Made by a program: the position numbers and the translations under genes
Notes under the pieces: generated by a model
What the model saw: the letters and a program-made list of their open reading frames with translations, nothing else
What the model was told of the DNA's origin: nothing
Database searches by the model: none
Shown here: one piece after another, positions 1 to 25,885 of the stretch
How positions within the stretch are numbered: position 1 is the stretch's first letter
Layout: each line of letters starts with the position of its first letter
Assembly (NCBI RefSeq): GCF_009834535.1
Contig: NC_045697.1
Coordinates: 69,690,001 to 69,754,000 of the forward strand
DNA: 64,000 nucleotides
From: Camelus ferus
Taxonomy: Eukaryota
Direction: 5' to 3'

Positions 1-59
1 TGTCATTTTCAACCTAAAGGTCAGGGTCACTTTGGGACTTACCCTCCTAATCCTGTAGT

Positions 60-275
60 TATTGAGGAGGGAGGAGGGGAGAGGCACGGAGGGGTGTGCT
101 TGGGAGGTCTTAACGAGACAGCCTGGACTTGGCATAAATCACATACATTTACTTTTCATTGGCAGGAGTTCAGTCACATGGCTACACTAACTGCAGGGGA
201 GGTGGGGAAGTGTAATCCAGCTGAGTACTCTGCAAGAAAAGGAAACTAGTCATTTTGGTCAACAGACAACAGTCC
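60..275. mobile_element. MLT1-type (ERVL-MaLR) LTR fragment
   Basis: Motifs cattggcaggagttcagtcacatggctacactaactgcagggg...aagtgtaatccagctg resemble MLT1J/K; boundaries approximate. Confidence 0.6.
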
Positions 276-1595
276 GTGTGTATCCCTGTTCCTTAAATGA
301 AATTGGTTCAGCTTGGTTGATTGAGTTCTTGGTGTATGTCAGATACTGTGTTATTTGCTAGTATAAACAGAGGGGAATAGACAAGTACATCTCCTCAAGC
401 TCAGTGCTGTCTAATAGATGAACAGAGGGAGTGTTGGGCAGTGAATGTCTTTTAGAAACGTTTCTCTTGGAGAGATAAGACATGCAGGGATAAGTCTGTT
501 ATTTAGTGCTGGAAATGAAAGCTGTCCACAGTTAAGTGACTTAAGGAGGAATTTAACAAACATATAGGAGCCGTAGCCACATAGACACTTTGATGTATCT
601 GTATTTATGTTTTCTCATCTGTACAGTAGCAGGGAATGGCACCTCTCCTAGAACTGTTACTAGGATTAAGTGAGAGAGGACATGGACGCACTTAAAGTTA
701 ACTTTTAGAATGATTGTAATGATGGCTGTGATGATATACATTATCTCATTTGATCATCACAACTCTACGAATAATTTCTTAGCCCTGTTTTAAGAGTCAG
801 ATTCGGTGCTTAGGGCAGTGATTTATTTATCCAAGGTGTCACAAATTAGCCAGTCAGTGCCAGGGCCAGGGTTGCTACTTGGGTTCTGTGGTTTTCTCAA
901 GTCAGTCTTTTCTGCTGTACTGCCTCGTAAGGACTGAAGCAGTTTGGTGCTGGGTCTTGTGAGAGAAATAGAGAGAGAATGAGATTTTGGTTTGCTGGAG
1001 AAGATGAGGAAGAGCATTCCAGGCCGTGGGGAAGCATGACTAGAATAGGTGCTTCACGTTGAGACCGAACAGAGACAAGATAAGCTTGGGCTGAGAATTA
1101 TGTGTAAAGAACTAGAAATAGGCAGTGCCAGGCTGAGGATATTTGACTTCATTTGTAGGGATTTGCAGAACACTTTTTGGCAGAAGAATGGCAAGATTAA
1201 GTTGCTATTTTGGGAAGATAACTTTGGCATTGGTGTCTAGAACGTACTGCAGGTGTGAGCTGGTCAGCCCAGTGCACAGTTGCTGCCGGAACCCAGCTGT
1301 GAGGTAGTAAACTCCAGGTTGTCAGTAGTTGTGAAGAGAAAGGGAGCGGAGTGAGAAACCTCTCAACAGGGGCAGCTAGAGGAGTCGCTCAAAGCACGGC
1401 GTTTGACATGTATCAGTAAGCGTTTATTAGCAGGCCACACAGTCCTTTTTGTTTCAGCTGGAATTGAGCTTGAAATAAAAGCTAGCAACAGAAAATAAGT
1501 AGCTGACCTTATTTCTTCCTGGTAAGTCCTGTGATCACCTGACATTCATCCCCTTTCACAGAAAGGAAGTCGCTATTCTGAGCATATGTGCTCAC

Positions 1596-1621
1596 GTGTG
1601 TGTGTGTGTGTGTGTGTGTGT
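1596..1621 (+). repeat. (TG)n microsatellite
   Basis: Direct tandem TG run. Confidence 0.95.
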
Positions 1622-2501
1622 AAAGAGAGTCGGCAGGGAGGGGATGAAGAAAAGCCCCTTACTCGCACAGGTGACAAACTCAGGGTTAGGTATGGATTAG
1701 ATAAAGAGAGACTTTGAAGGAGATAGAATTTATGGACGAAGGAGATATGGGTCAGTGATGATGAGATACAACTGAGATACACAAGAGATGCCACTTGAGT
1801 TTCGTGTTAAACTATTAAAAAAAATTTTTAATGCCATATTGTGGTATGGTTCCTGTACAGTAAACTACTCGTTTCACATGCACAATTTGATGAACGTGGT
1901 AAACTATTTAATTAGAAATATAACAATTCTGAAGAAAGAAGCAAGGACCAAGTATACTTCATTTCACCCATTTGATGTGTTTATGAAAAGCCAAGTGTTA
2001 ATCGGGTTTAGATAAATTATACTATGTTGTGCTTCCTTTAGGGAAGTGTTAAAGGTAGCTGCTAAGAGAGCCTTTGTATGACAGAGGTCTTTTGAAATGT
2101 AAATGATCCCTGCTTTGGCTGGTAACTCCATATTCCTAACTAGCCGAGGGCAGGACCAGGAAATTGTTGTGTAACTTCCCTCCACCCCTTCTGTGTAAGG
2201 GAAGTCCTTGTTAGATGAGAGTTTGTTTTGTTTCTTTATATATGTCATTATGGTGGGAAAGTAATGATGATACTCTTGTACCTTTAGAATGTGTATCATG
2301 GTGACTCTCTGGGGGAGGTGGCAGAGCAGGTACACATTTTTGTAAAAGTACTTAGCAATAGATCTGCTGTAGTGTCATCAGATAATGTACATGTTGAGTG
2401 AGGTATGTTGAGGCTGAAACCTTGAGACGAGTGGAAGTTGTAACTTTTCTAGAACTATGAACCAGTGGCAGAAACAGGAGTGGAACTTGGATTTTCTGTG
2501 A

Positions 2502-2804
2502 CAGTGCTGTCCAGTGGAAATATATTACGAGGCACATATGTAATATTAAAATTTATAGTGGTCATATTCAGAAAGTGAAAAGAAATATGTGAAGTTCATT
2601 TTATATTTTACTTAGTCCATTACATTTAAAATCTTAGCGTTTCCACATTTAATCAGTGTGAAAACTGCTGAGGTGTATTATGTGCCCCCTTTGTCTTTGA
2701 AACAGTCATAGTTTTCACAGCGCAGCCCATCTTGTTCTGACTCGCCACTTCTCAGGTGCTCAGTAGCCGCACACACCCAGCTGCTGTTGTGCTGGCCAGC
2801 ACAG
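2502..2804. mobile_element. MER33/MER3-like hAT-Charlie non-autonomous DNA transposon
   Basis: Ends cagtgctgtcca...tggccagcacag; a related copy lies in the opposite orientation at ~24070-24362. Confidence 0.6.
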
Positions 2805-4103
2805 CCCCTGATTCCTCTATCCTTTTTTTTTTCTTTCCATGACACCACATTGACTCCCTTGACATTTTCCTTTTAACATCCGCGAGGGAATATGACCAAG
2901 TCTTTATGTGTAGTAAACTGCATGTCATTTGGAGAGAAAGTTCATGAGATTGGAAGTAAAAAGTCAAAGTTGTTTTTGTCCTCAGATTTTTGTAACACTT
3001 TAGAAACCTCTGTTTTGGAATCTGTAGAATAAATGCATTTTGGCAATACCTGAGATAGTGGAAAGGTACATGATAGCTATTCACAAGGAAAGCTGTGCAG
3101 GTATGTAAATGTGAGGGTGAGGTTGGACCACACCCAGACAGAGCAGCGTTTGGTAGATTCAACCTCAGTGGACACTTGTCACTCATTAGAGTTGCCATCA
3201 CGGAGACTTGCAGCCTTACCAAGAAAACCTGGAAGCTGGTACTTTTGCCACCTGGTGGTCAGGCCGAGCAAGTGCGGGCACTCGTTTACTGACGCTCTTA
3301 CCCGTTCTTGGTTTTTAGTTTGAAATTTTAACTGGTTCTCCGTTTTTGTCTAAGTTTGTCTGAAAAGGTCTATCCCTGCTTACAAATTTTGGCCTTTTTG
3401 GGGAGATGGCTGGTCTGGACACATTAATTCATAGAAGTGTTTCTCATGATGAAAAATATTTTCATATTAGTGAACTTGGACAAAAAACTCCAAAGAAGTA
3501 TTTCGAGGGAGAAGGGGAATTTTTGTTACCAAACAAAGAGGAATAATCTTGTTAGCATTAAAAAAAAAATAGGTTGGTGTGCAGAGGCTTTGGTCTCCTC
3601 TGAAGATGAGACAATTTACAAAACTTTATGAAAATGGTGTGGTTGTTTTGCCCCTACCCACACCCCCAGCTGCACCCCCACCCACCCAGAGGTGGGAGAC
3701 TTGTGGCATAATCTGAAGTATCTTGTTCTCCTTTAAACTGTCATACCTGGATGAGTCCTGGAGCTTTGCTTGGTTCCATGATTGCAATTCTGAATCTGCT
3801 ACAACAAAGGGGCTCCTTTCTTTTTATAGAAGTGGTACGCACGTCTAAAATCCAGCCCATGGGCATCTCTGTATTTTCCTAGAAAAAACATAAGCAAAAT
3901 GAAATATACCAAGGACAATATCTGCCCGAGAATGGATGCTTATCAGTAAAACCCCTGTTTGTTGAATGATCTACTTTAAGAAAAGGGAATCAGGAGAGGA
4001 GAAAGTAATTAATTTATGAATCACACATGGGAATATAAGTTGTGCACTTTTTTCCAGGGAGCTGTTTAACAGTATACTGTAGGATTTTTTTCTTTAATTT
4101 CAG

Positions 4104-6014
<1,911 letters not shown>

Positions 6015-7512
6015 TTTTAATTTCTCCTGCGATGGCACATCTCAGTGATACCTTCTGGCTGTACCATGCATTTTATTGAGAGTACAGAATGGAAGAGGAA
6101 ATTTTTTATTACTTGTTTTGTTTTGCCTATAGATAAGGAAGGACTACAGCATTTGATGTGTGTCCTCAAGAACTTGTCAAGCCAAGAAGAATAAAGGAAA
6201 CATTTCTCAACTCCTTTCAATGCTCTCTTCTCCCCACAAAAATATCTCTGCACCCCCGTTTCCTCCTCTGCCCTTTGAGCACTTTTACTTAAACCTGCTT
6301 CTTTCTAGTTGCTTTTATCACTGCCACCACTGGGCCATCAGGAGCCAGCTGCTTTCCAGGTGAATGTTGGAGATGAGAATCCTTGAAACTTTAGCAACAT
6401 ATGTTGCTCCAGATTTTTTTTATTATATATGTATGGAAATATATATGTGTACATTTTAAATTTCGTATATGTAATTACCGAACACTATGTGACCTGGGGT
6501 TTGTGTTGATTCTGCTCTGACAGGTTATGTGCTGTCATAAATGGACCCATAGTTTGCAGTGATTTAATTCCCAGTTGGAAATTGGCCTCCCAGCTCCTCC
6601 TGCTAATTACCCTTGCAGTTGTGTATAAGGAAGCGCTCGGTCAGTGAGACTTTGTCTCCAATGTGGACTCTGTGTCAGTGAATGGATGTGTCAGAATTCA
6701 CTTTGGAAAAAGGTTATCAGGTTTTTCAAAATTTAGTTTATGGCAAAAATAGCCATGCCCCAAGTGGTAGCTGGCTGTTGCAGAGCATGAGATTTTTGTA
6801 ATACATTGCTGTTTCAGACCTCCGTTGGTCACAATGGGAGGAAAAAATGCTCCCTTCCTCCGTCTTATTTCAAGGGCACACAGTGGAAATATTCAGAGAA
6901 GGGTAGAGGTTGCACTGTGGAGGTTGATGGGGAAAGATGGTTCGAAATCTCACCAGCAGTGAGCAGAGTGAGTCAGGTGGGCTGTAATTCTAACACTTAG
7001 TAAACCTGGTGGTGATGAGCAAGGAACTGCCTAGGAGACTGGACTGCTCCCTCGGGAGGGATGCAGCTGTCCTCGGTGTCCTGAAAACACACTTCACCTT
7101 TACATAGTTGGGAACCTCATTAAAGATGACCTCAGCTGCCCAATATCTGTATTCTTTTCAGTAGTTCAGCCCAGATGGTAGTGTATCCAGTGAAGATATA
7201 TCAGATCAAAGTCATCGTCATCACGTAGTGTACTTGATTACCGAGTATCTGGTAACTTTATTGTAAGATAATTTGATACCACTGACATGTTCCACTTGTA
7301 CAAGAACATCTTTCCCAGAGTGCCTCAGACCTTTATTGCTTTAAAGGAATTATGATGATGTTTTCATTACTTTTATTATTTTAATGATTTAGTAAAGTGA
7401 CTGAATCCGGTATAGACTTTTGGGGGTATGTGTGTGAAGTTTTTTATCAAACTGTAATATTTGTGAATGGAATGCCTTGCAATATGAATGTTAATATAAT
7501 GTGTAAAGGGAG

Positions 7513-7518
7513 ATTAAA
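7513..7518 (+). terminator. Probable METAP1 polyadenylation signal (ATTAAA); alternative AATAAA at 7619-7624
   Basis: Hexamer at the end of a ~1.5 kb AU-rich 3'UTR. Confidence 0.55.
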
Positions 7519-8419
7519 AAGTTTGAATGATTATCCCACCATGTAGTCATTAACTTTGCTGCATTTATTTGGGATTTCAGAGGGAAGTGGTGGGAATGGG
7601 GTGGCTGTTCCAATCTTAAATAAACTCGTAACTATTAGAGCAAGAATACTTTTTAAAGTTTAATGGCTGCATAAAAATTTCGGCACTGTGTTTAGTTTGG
7701 CAGTCTTCTAGCAGGATTTGAGATGCATCCATATTTTTGAGTTCATTTAAGACAGATTGCTCAATATTTAGGACAGCATTTTATGTACTGATAATGGATT
7801 AATTGTGGGCGTATTCAGTGTCTATCATTAGAAGATAAGCTCAAGGAAAAAAATCTTGGTGGGATAGGTTTTTTGGTTGTTAAAAGGTAAAAACCAGCAC
7901 ACGGGTAAAGATGCTTTTCTTGGTTTGGGAGATTTTAAAACAATATGGGCTCCAGTCTAATTGTATGTATCTAATTACAGATGTTTACTAGATTTAGATG
8001 AGAAAACATCTAGGGTATTTTCATCATTCTGCCAACTTTTCAAAATGTCAGTGTATTAACTTTTTGGAATTAACTTAACCCCCCCCCCCTTGTTTCCTGC
8101 CAGTCCTCCATCCCCCTTGGAATAATGTAGAAGGGAAACATGTTGGCCGTTTATCTTCATTTTATTTCTTGTTGATAGAATGGATTAAAGTACATTAGTA
8201 CCCATTCACCAACACCTTTATATTACTTGCCATCTACATGTCTAATTACTAGGAAGCGGATATTTAGGAGTTTGCCATCTTAGCTTGATTCCTCAGTTTG
8301 TCCTGTCACTTCTGGCTTTTCGTTGGGTTTGGTTAAATTTGAGAGTGGGATGCTCCACTTTGCTAATGCCCCCAAATGTACCCTCATGGTATCTGTAAGC
8401 TATTTCTGGCCTTTTTTTT

Positions 8420-9960
8420 TTTAATCTTCCAACTTTGGATTTTGAAAATTTTCACATTTATAGAAAAGTTGGAAGTCTAGTACAGAGAAATTACCATATA
8501 TCCTTCCCCTATATTCTATAGTTGTTACTGTAGCATCTCTCTATGAGCACTTCTCTTTTGAAAGACACCTGCTACTGTTGCAGCGTGTCTCTCCTAAAAC
8601 ACAAGGACATTTCCTCCACAATCATAATACAGTTCTCACACCCAAGGAATTGAACACTGATATAGCATTGTCTAATGTATAGTATGTACTCAAACTTGAG
8701 TCTCAATTTCCCCCAAAATGTTCTTTAAAGTGTTTCTTCTTTTTTTAAATGCAGAATCAAAACTATGGTATTCGGTTGTCATCTGTAGTCATTTTTTACT
8801 CTAGAACAATCCTTCCACCTTTTTTGATCTTGTATGAAATTGACACTTGAAAAAAGCAGGCCAGTTAGCTTGTAGAATTCTGCCCTTCCCTGATTGTTCC
8901 TCACGAATAGGTTCAGGACAAACATTTTGGCGAACTCTGTGGACAGCATGTGGTGAGTCCCAATCGTTGTGTCATAGCAGGAGGCACGTATATCATTCTT
9001 ATATTATTGCCAATATGTTTAAAATTTTTTTTCTTAAATTTTAAGGGAGGAGATAATTAGATTTATTTATTTTTAGAGGAGGTACTGGGGATGGAACCCA
9101 GGACCTTGTGCATGCTGATCATGCGCTCTTCCACTAGAACTATACCCTACTTCCGCCAATATATATTTGAACACTTGGTTTCTGTCAGATCTATTTTAAG
9201 AATATCTTTCTTTTCTTAAGCAAATCTGGGAGGAGATACTTGGAGACCACTCGGATATCCTGTTCACTCAGGGTTTAGCATTAATAAGCCTTGCCAGAAT
9301 CCGTAATTTTTTTGGTGGCTGCAAACTGGGACTTTGTAAATAGCATTCCATCTACATTTATTTGTTGGCACTCTTTTACTAAGAAGCACTTTTTCCCCTC
9401 TCTACCAACTTTTTTTGATTATCAATGTGAGCTCACTGATTCTTTTTTAAAATTCAATTTAATTACTATAAATGTTCCATTTTTAGCAAGTAGGAGCAGC
9501 TTGAAGCTTAGTCATGGGTCACTTTGACCGACACCAGTCATCTTTGAGCACGTTCTTGCTTGTTGCCACATCAAGATGCTCTAGGTTTATCATACACTTT
9601 TCCTGCCCCAGACTGGGAATTGGCTATTTCCTCAAGGAGCCCTAGTTTCTCTTCATGGGGAATGGTATTTGGAAATCAAGATCTGGGTGCTGCTGGGGTG
9701 TCCTTGCTTCTAGGCACATTCAGGGAACAGAGCCAGCAAATAGAATTTTATAAATCATGAATTCATTCTGATAGTTTGATTTCAAATTTAACACTAATCT
9801 TCCTCACCCTTTCCTGTTCCATATTCGTATTTTCCATCTTCCATGGTGAGAACTTGATTTTGAATATTGATATTTACTTATTTGCTTTATTTTAAAATTA
9901 CTACATCAAAATCACTACCAAAAATAAACTAAGTGCAAAATTTGTGATTCTTTTATATTC
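8420..9960 (-). mobile_element. Old L1M (L1MC-like) 3' remnants, interrupted by a SINE
   Basis: Degenerate L1M 3'UTR-like motifs (ttttgaaaattttcacatttatagaaaagttg; atttcctcaaggagccctagttt); boundaries approximate. Confidence 0.5.
9022..9154 (-). mobile_element. Camelid tRNA-derived SINE (Vic-1-like)
   Basis: Minus strand reads gggtatagttctagtggaagagcgcatg...ggttccatccccagtacctc followed by an A-rich tail; A/B-box-like motifs. Confidence 0.8.
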
Positions 9961-10385
9961 TTGGAACACATCTCACTAAGGGGGTACAGAATATTGGTAT
10001 ACAAGTTATTTGAAGTAATTAACTTTGATCGTACTGTATTCGAAATTTCAGAAACCATGAGCTACTTTTTAACAATAAATGCAGCAAATCTTAGGGGCAA
10101 AATATGCAGAAGGGGTGGGAAGGATTTCTTAGTGGTCTGGGAGTTAGAAATACTGGAACCGATTGACATAGTGTGATAAGATTCTGTCTACATTTAATTG
10201 TGTTTGACTTCTACCAAGTTCTCTTGCTCAAGAGGAGCAAATTATGCCACTTATAATGTAGATGTGTGGCCCATTTTCCAATAGAGTAGGGAAAAACATC
10301 TGGACATTGTTTTAGGAACAGATTGTTTCACAATATAGGCTGCATTATGCTAATATTCTGAAAGTTACGTATTTTGCTTCATTTT

Positions 10386-10480
10386 TTCTTTTTTTTTTTT
10401 AATGGAGGTACTGGGGATTAAACCCAGGAACCTGTGTACGCTAAGCACGTGCTCTAACTCTGAGCTATGCCCCCAACCCC
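10386..10480 (-). mobile_element. Camelid tRNA-derived SINE (Vic-1-like) with TSD
   Basis: tRNA-like head and poly(A); flanks tattttgcttcattt (10370) and tattttgttttcattt (10481). Confidence 0.85.
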
Positions 10481-13400
10481 TATTTTGTTTCATTTAAAAA
10501 ATGAACATCTAAAGAAATGCAGCACAGGAATTTCTGTGGTCCCAACTGTGTTTCAACTTGGAGGGGCCTTTGGTGATAGCCTTCTCTTACCTCTTCTTCC
10601 TTTTGGTGCTAAGTATGAAAAAGAAAGACAGTGATTTGCATTTGGTTATTTTGCAAAAGGAAGCAGGAGTAGGGTGGCCTTGGCTACCTGTTACCTGCTG
10701 AATTTCATTTTGGGAACTTGGATAAGCAACAACAGAACCACCTGTATATGGCAATTCTGTGGTTATATTTAAAAATGAGTCAACAGTGGTGTGTCTTAGA
10801 AAAGTGTGCCAAAAAGCCAGTATGTGGAGTGCTCAAGAAGGGCTTCCTGGGGAGATTCTCACTTACCACTAATGTTTGTTATAGTTCAAAGGACTTAAGT
10901 AATTCTTCTTGTGGATGTCCAGCCCTTTTACTGTCGCAAAGATTTTAGCAGAGTAATTGCTTCCATCTCCTGGGTGCCTGGCCCTCTGACTGTTATTCCA
11001 GCCACCTCACCCACTCCTGACAACACACACGTGCCAGTACTTCCACAAGTTTGGGGGCACGTTTGCACTACTGTGTCACGAGAAGAGCACAAGATTATAC
11101 AACCAGGGCACCAGGGCTCTGAGTTCATTTTTTTTGAACTGGTTGCATGGACAGATCACCATGTTTCTCTGTGGAAGTACGCTATTTGGGTAATGATACC
11201 ACATTATCACCACTTAGCAACTTTTATTCTATATATAATGTGGCTATAAAGCAATTTTGCTTAATTTCAGTACTTGGATCAGAAGTCAACAGAAAATTCA
11301 GGGTAAAAGTTTTTAAGCTTTATCAGTAAATCTGAGCCCTGGGTGATTCTGAGGAAACAAAATAGCCAAGGAAAAGAATTTTTAGCATTAAGATGTAGAT
11401 AAGTGAAAGCAACATATTTTACAGCAAATTTCTGCTTCTTCTATCTTGTTTAACGTATCGAGGTATTTTTGGTAGTTAAGTGTATTTCAGTTGATGTCTA
11501 AACTCAGGGTAGTTATGTGGTGGCTTAGCAGTCCTTTCCGTGGAAGGGAGCATGTGCCTATGTACCTCATCACAAGGAATTGTTAGGATGTAGAGATTGA
11601 TAAAAATTAGTCTGCTTAGAAGCCCACCTGCGTTGTTCCTATAGAGAAAAGTGCCACCAAAAGAAATTTGTAATGGAGGACTTTGTATGTACCGGGTCAC
11701 TTCCTAGTTGTTTCTTTAAAGATGATTCCCTTGGTAGAGTTCTGTGCATTTATTATCTCACTAACTGTTTAAATATACTTAATAAAATGTTTTCAAAATG
11801 TGTTTGTGGTCTATTTTTTTCTAAAGGGTATTTGCTGACAAAGAATCTGATCTTGCAAGTTAACTGAAACAAAACTGGCTGAATGCAAAGTTGGTTTCTT
11901 TCCCGAGCTGCAGTTTCTCTAGGTCCCAAGCACTGGCAGTTACCGTACAGCTTTAATCAGCAGCCTACTTGGGCGACTGGCAGCCAAGCAGAAAATGTTC
12001 TGAAGCATTCCGTGCATGTAAAATATGCTCCTCTTCCCCAGATCAGCAAAACATTCCCAGAGTTACCAGCCCCATTTAATTTTGCTTTGAAATAGAATAA
12101 ATGGAAGTAGCATTATGTGTATCTTTTGGAGCCGTTTTCGTTTGGTGTAAGTTGTGTACACATTAACTGGGTCCACTGTAACAAAAGTTTGGACATACTG
12201 CAGTTTTTTCTTCACTTCAGAAACCTCCTCATTCCTCACTTTCTACTCTATGCTAGTTCCCTGTGCATGTAGTAAAGAACTTGTTCCAAGTCAGACATGC
12301 CTGTATGTGGCCTGTGTTTTTACAGTGAACACTAGGTGGGTTAAATTGAAAACAGATTAGGCCAACATGCTGAAAATGGAAAAGCAGGTAAGAAAAGACT
12401 TGAAAAATGCCTAGTATATGAACATTTTCAATAAAAAACAAAAACAGAGTTGTTTAAAGTTGGTTCCTAATATTGTAAAACTTTAGATCCTTAAAAAATT
12501 TTTATTAGCTTCCATGAAATATACAGTGGAGGATAGCCATTTGTGTTAAAATTACATCTTTTGTCCAAGAAAGCGGTTTAAAGATACCTTTAAAAAATTC
12601 CCAACACTTCTAAGGTGGTACAATACTAATTTTGGTGGATTTGCTGACATGCACATAGTGAATGTTTTTTAGTCCTGTGTTGTACATTCCTCCAAAATCT
12701 ATTTGGTTCTGCAGTATATACAACAACCCAGATGTCATCCAAGAGAATGTACTAAAAGGATCTTAACAAAAAATACTTTATACCTATGGTTCCATGATCC
12801 AAAAATCTTGGTAGTGGGCTCTTATAAAATTGATTCTTCATACTGGTTCTTTGAAAGAGACAATTGTGTTTTCAGTTGGGAAATGCTCCCGTTTGTTAAA
12901 CTGAATTAGCTGGCTCAGGAGTATGTACTTCACTGTGACAGAAATGAGAAGCAAGCTCCCTAATTGGCCAGCTACAAGAATTGGACTTACATTATTTTAC
13001 TGTCTTAAAATTGTTCTATTTTCTCATATTGGTGACCATAAAAATGTTTACCATTCTCATTCATATATAACTCATGTATGAGAAAAAAATGAAGGGGAAA
13101 AAAAACTTGAAAAAATTAGTAGTGCTCCACCATTGTCAACCTACACGCCCATTCTGTTACTGCAATTGCCTAAGGCAATAATATACTTCCTGGAGGGCTG
13201 AGGTAAAACAAACGAGATTAAAAGTACATTTCTTACAGCTGGGATAGGAGCTAGTTTTAATTTCCTTCTCTTCCAGTTAACCCAGGACAATCCAGGCCAC
13301 CTGGGCCCTTACTGTCTCCAGCCCTCCAGGTAAGATGAGAGAAGCTAGGTTGTATTGCCTGGCCCTTCAAAGACCCAAAAAGAAGTCCTGACCATAACTG

Positions 13401-13959
13401 CCACTTTTCCACTTTTCAATCAACTAAATATTGCTCTCTCATAAACACAACCTTTTGGGAGCAGTTAAGCCACATCAACCAAAAGAATTAAAAAAAAATG
13501 GTTTCAAGCCATCAAAAGTTATTTATGTGCATGGCATATCTGGTGTCCTGATACAAAAATAGTCTAAAATGTGCTATTTTGTGGAAAAGACAAAAAGCTC
13601 AGGATAGTGTTAATAGTATTTATTCTTTTGTGGAAATTTGAAGTATATGTATAAATGCTATTTTATTCATAGAAACTTCTGGGAAGATACATAAACTTAA
13701 CAGTGGTCACCTATTTTGGGGGGTAGAGGAAACTATACCTTCTTTCTCATGTAATGTTTCTCTGTGAATGTTCTAACTCTTGGATATACTGCCTTCATAC
13801 ATTTATTTCTGTTAATGGATTACCTCAAATTATGCACCACTTTTGTTTGCTTCTATATTTTGCTCAGGGTAAAGCACCCTAAATGTTACTTAACAGCACC
13901 AGGAAGACTGATAGATTTGATGTTAACATAAGAAATACAACATATATTAAAATAAAATG

Positions 13960-14600
13960 TAAAACTGACAAAGGACTGGTGTCTACAATAAAGAACCCCT
14001 AAAAACTACTCAGAAAAAGAGAAATAATCCAATAGAAAAATGGACAAAGGATGTGAATAGCTACTTTGCAAAAAAGGAAATACAAATGGCCAATAAAATC
14101 GAAAGACGTTAGTAATTGAGGGAAATGCAAACTAAAGTCACTTCACACTCATCTGATTTGCAAGTCAGATGAGTGTGAAGAGCAGCTTACCCTATGATGT
14201 ACATCCTAAGTAACACACTGAGTATAATGGACAAGAATGTTCCACCAAAGAGTTGTTAATAAATACAGAAACAGTCTGGGAGACCACTTTATGCCATCAA
14301 CTGGAGACAGGTCAATTATGGTAGTTCTATAGTACTGCTGCACAGTACTAAAATTAATGAATGGGAGTATATACACAACACGGATTAGTTATACAATAAT
14401 GAGTAAAAAAATGAAAGTGGCAGAATGAGACTGTGTCAAGTTTAAAAGATGGACAACACTGAGGACTAGCGGGTTTATAGGTTTGTAACATCCAAGTACG
14501 GCAACACGCACTGGAGTGATAAACACCAAATTCTGGATGTTGACCACTGCAGGAGAGGAAAGAGAGTGTGGTCTGGAAGTGGTAAAATGTAAAGATTTGA
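13960..14600 (+). mobile_element. Old L1ME-like ORF2 3'/3'UTR remnant
   Basis: aatccaatagaaaaatggacaaaggatgtgaatag...ggaaatacaaatggccaataaa is typical of the L1 ORF2 3' region. Confidence 0.65.
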
Positions 14601-15068
14601 CAAAATATGCACTGAAAATTTGGATATTCAGTATAGAAATAAGTCTATTCTCCATATACTTGAAATAGTTCACAGAGCCACCATCAACACACATATCCTT
14701 ACTTTAGCTCAGAAGGCAGTTCCAGTGGGGAATGTTACTGCCCGCTGTGGGCCAGATGCCGTACTACGGACTAGGAGTCTAAGTCCGAACAGTGCAGGGC
14801 ATCCGCCCTCAAGAAGATAATCTCACAGAAGCAGACTTGTGTTCTGATTAACTCTGCCACTGACAGCTGGAGAAATCTGCTCTTTTGTAAACTGGCTTGA
14901 GTTAAAAGCTAAGTGAAAGTTACTGAGGACAGCAGGACACAGGGTTCAGATACTCATCACTGTCTGGCTTCCTCCATCTTTCCTTTAAAGAATGAAAATA
15001 ATGGGGAGAGGAACCGTGAATTCGGTGTAAAACAGAGCTGACACTTCCACACGTATACAGAAATTCCT

Positions 15069-15074
15069 TTTATT
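15069..15074 (-). terminator. Probable ADH5 polyadenylation signal AATAAA
   Basis: AATAAA on the minus strand ~260 nt past the stop codon. Confidence 0.65.
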
Positions 15075-15335
15075 ATGTTAAAGTATTCCTTAATGAGCTA
15101 GCAATTATTTGTAAAGAAGAGTCCAGAAAACAGATTTATGACAGTAACAGCCTTGTCCTTGATTAGAGATTTATGAATTATACACAAAACATTATTCCCT
15201 AGAGTGGGTTAATGAAGGGCTGTAAGGCTGTGCTAATGAGGCTGTGAACTTGAAAGAGGTCCTCCCTGCTTGTCTGGCTGCTCCAGTGAGACCAGGAGTC
15301 TTAGAAGGATGGCTGAGTTTTTTTCTCTTTGAAAT

Positions 15336-25332
<9,997 letters not shown>

Positions 25333-25885
25333 GTCCTCGGATTCCGGTGACCGTGAAGCGGGCGTCCAAGTCCGGGAACGGCCTCGCGGGGTGGGTCCAG
25401 GACCTGGGCGGGGCGTGAGACGGGCGCGGTCCCGCCTCAGCTTGCGCGGGGGCGAGCGTGGAGGCGGGGCTTGAACGAGAAGGGCGGGGCCTGAGGTGCA
25501 GCGCGGTCAGTGCTCCCCCTGACGCCCAGGTGGTCTCGCGGGAAGCTGTAGTAGTTTCAAGGCGGCCGGAGGGCGGTGGCTGCTTTATGGTGAACCTGAC
25601 AGGCTCGCTGCAAAGTCTCTGTCCGGAGTTTCCCCGTGTACCGTTAGCCCAGGCAGCGTAGATAAGGCTTACAGAGGAGAGATGTGGAAAGTGAGGAGCC
25701 AGGAATTCACTAAAAGCACGTGAGAAACAGTGAGAGGACTGCACGGCCTTTGCTCCTTGTACACACTGTGCACGTCTTGAGGACGCGAGATGAGTAAGAC
25801 ACGGCCCTTCGAGGGAGTCTCTGTCAGCTGGGCTGTGAGAAGAGTGATAAAGGGCCCACAAAGAGGCTCACAGGAAACTTCCCAG

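Noticed and set aside
1964..3222. 123-aa and 156-aa minus-strand ORFs in a METAP1 intron
   Set aside because: Non-ATG starts, no recognisable homology or splice context; consistent with chance ORFs.
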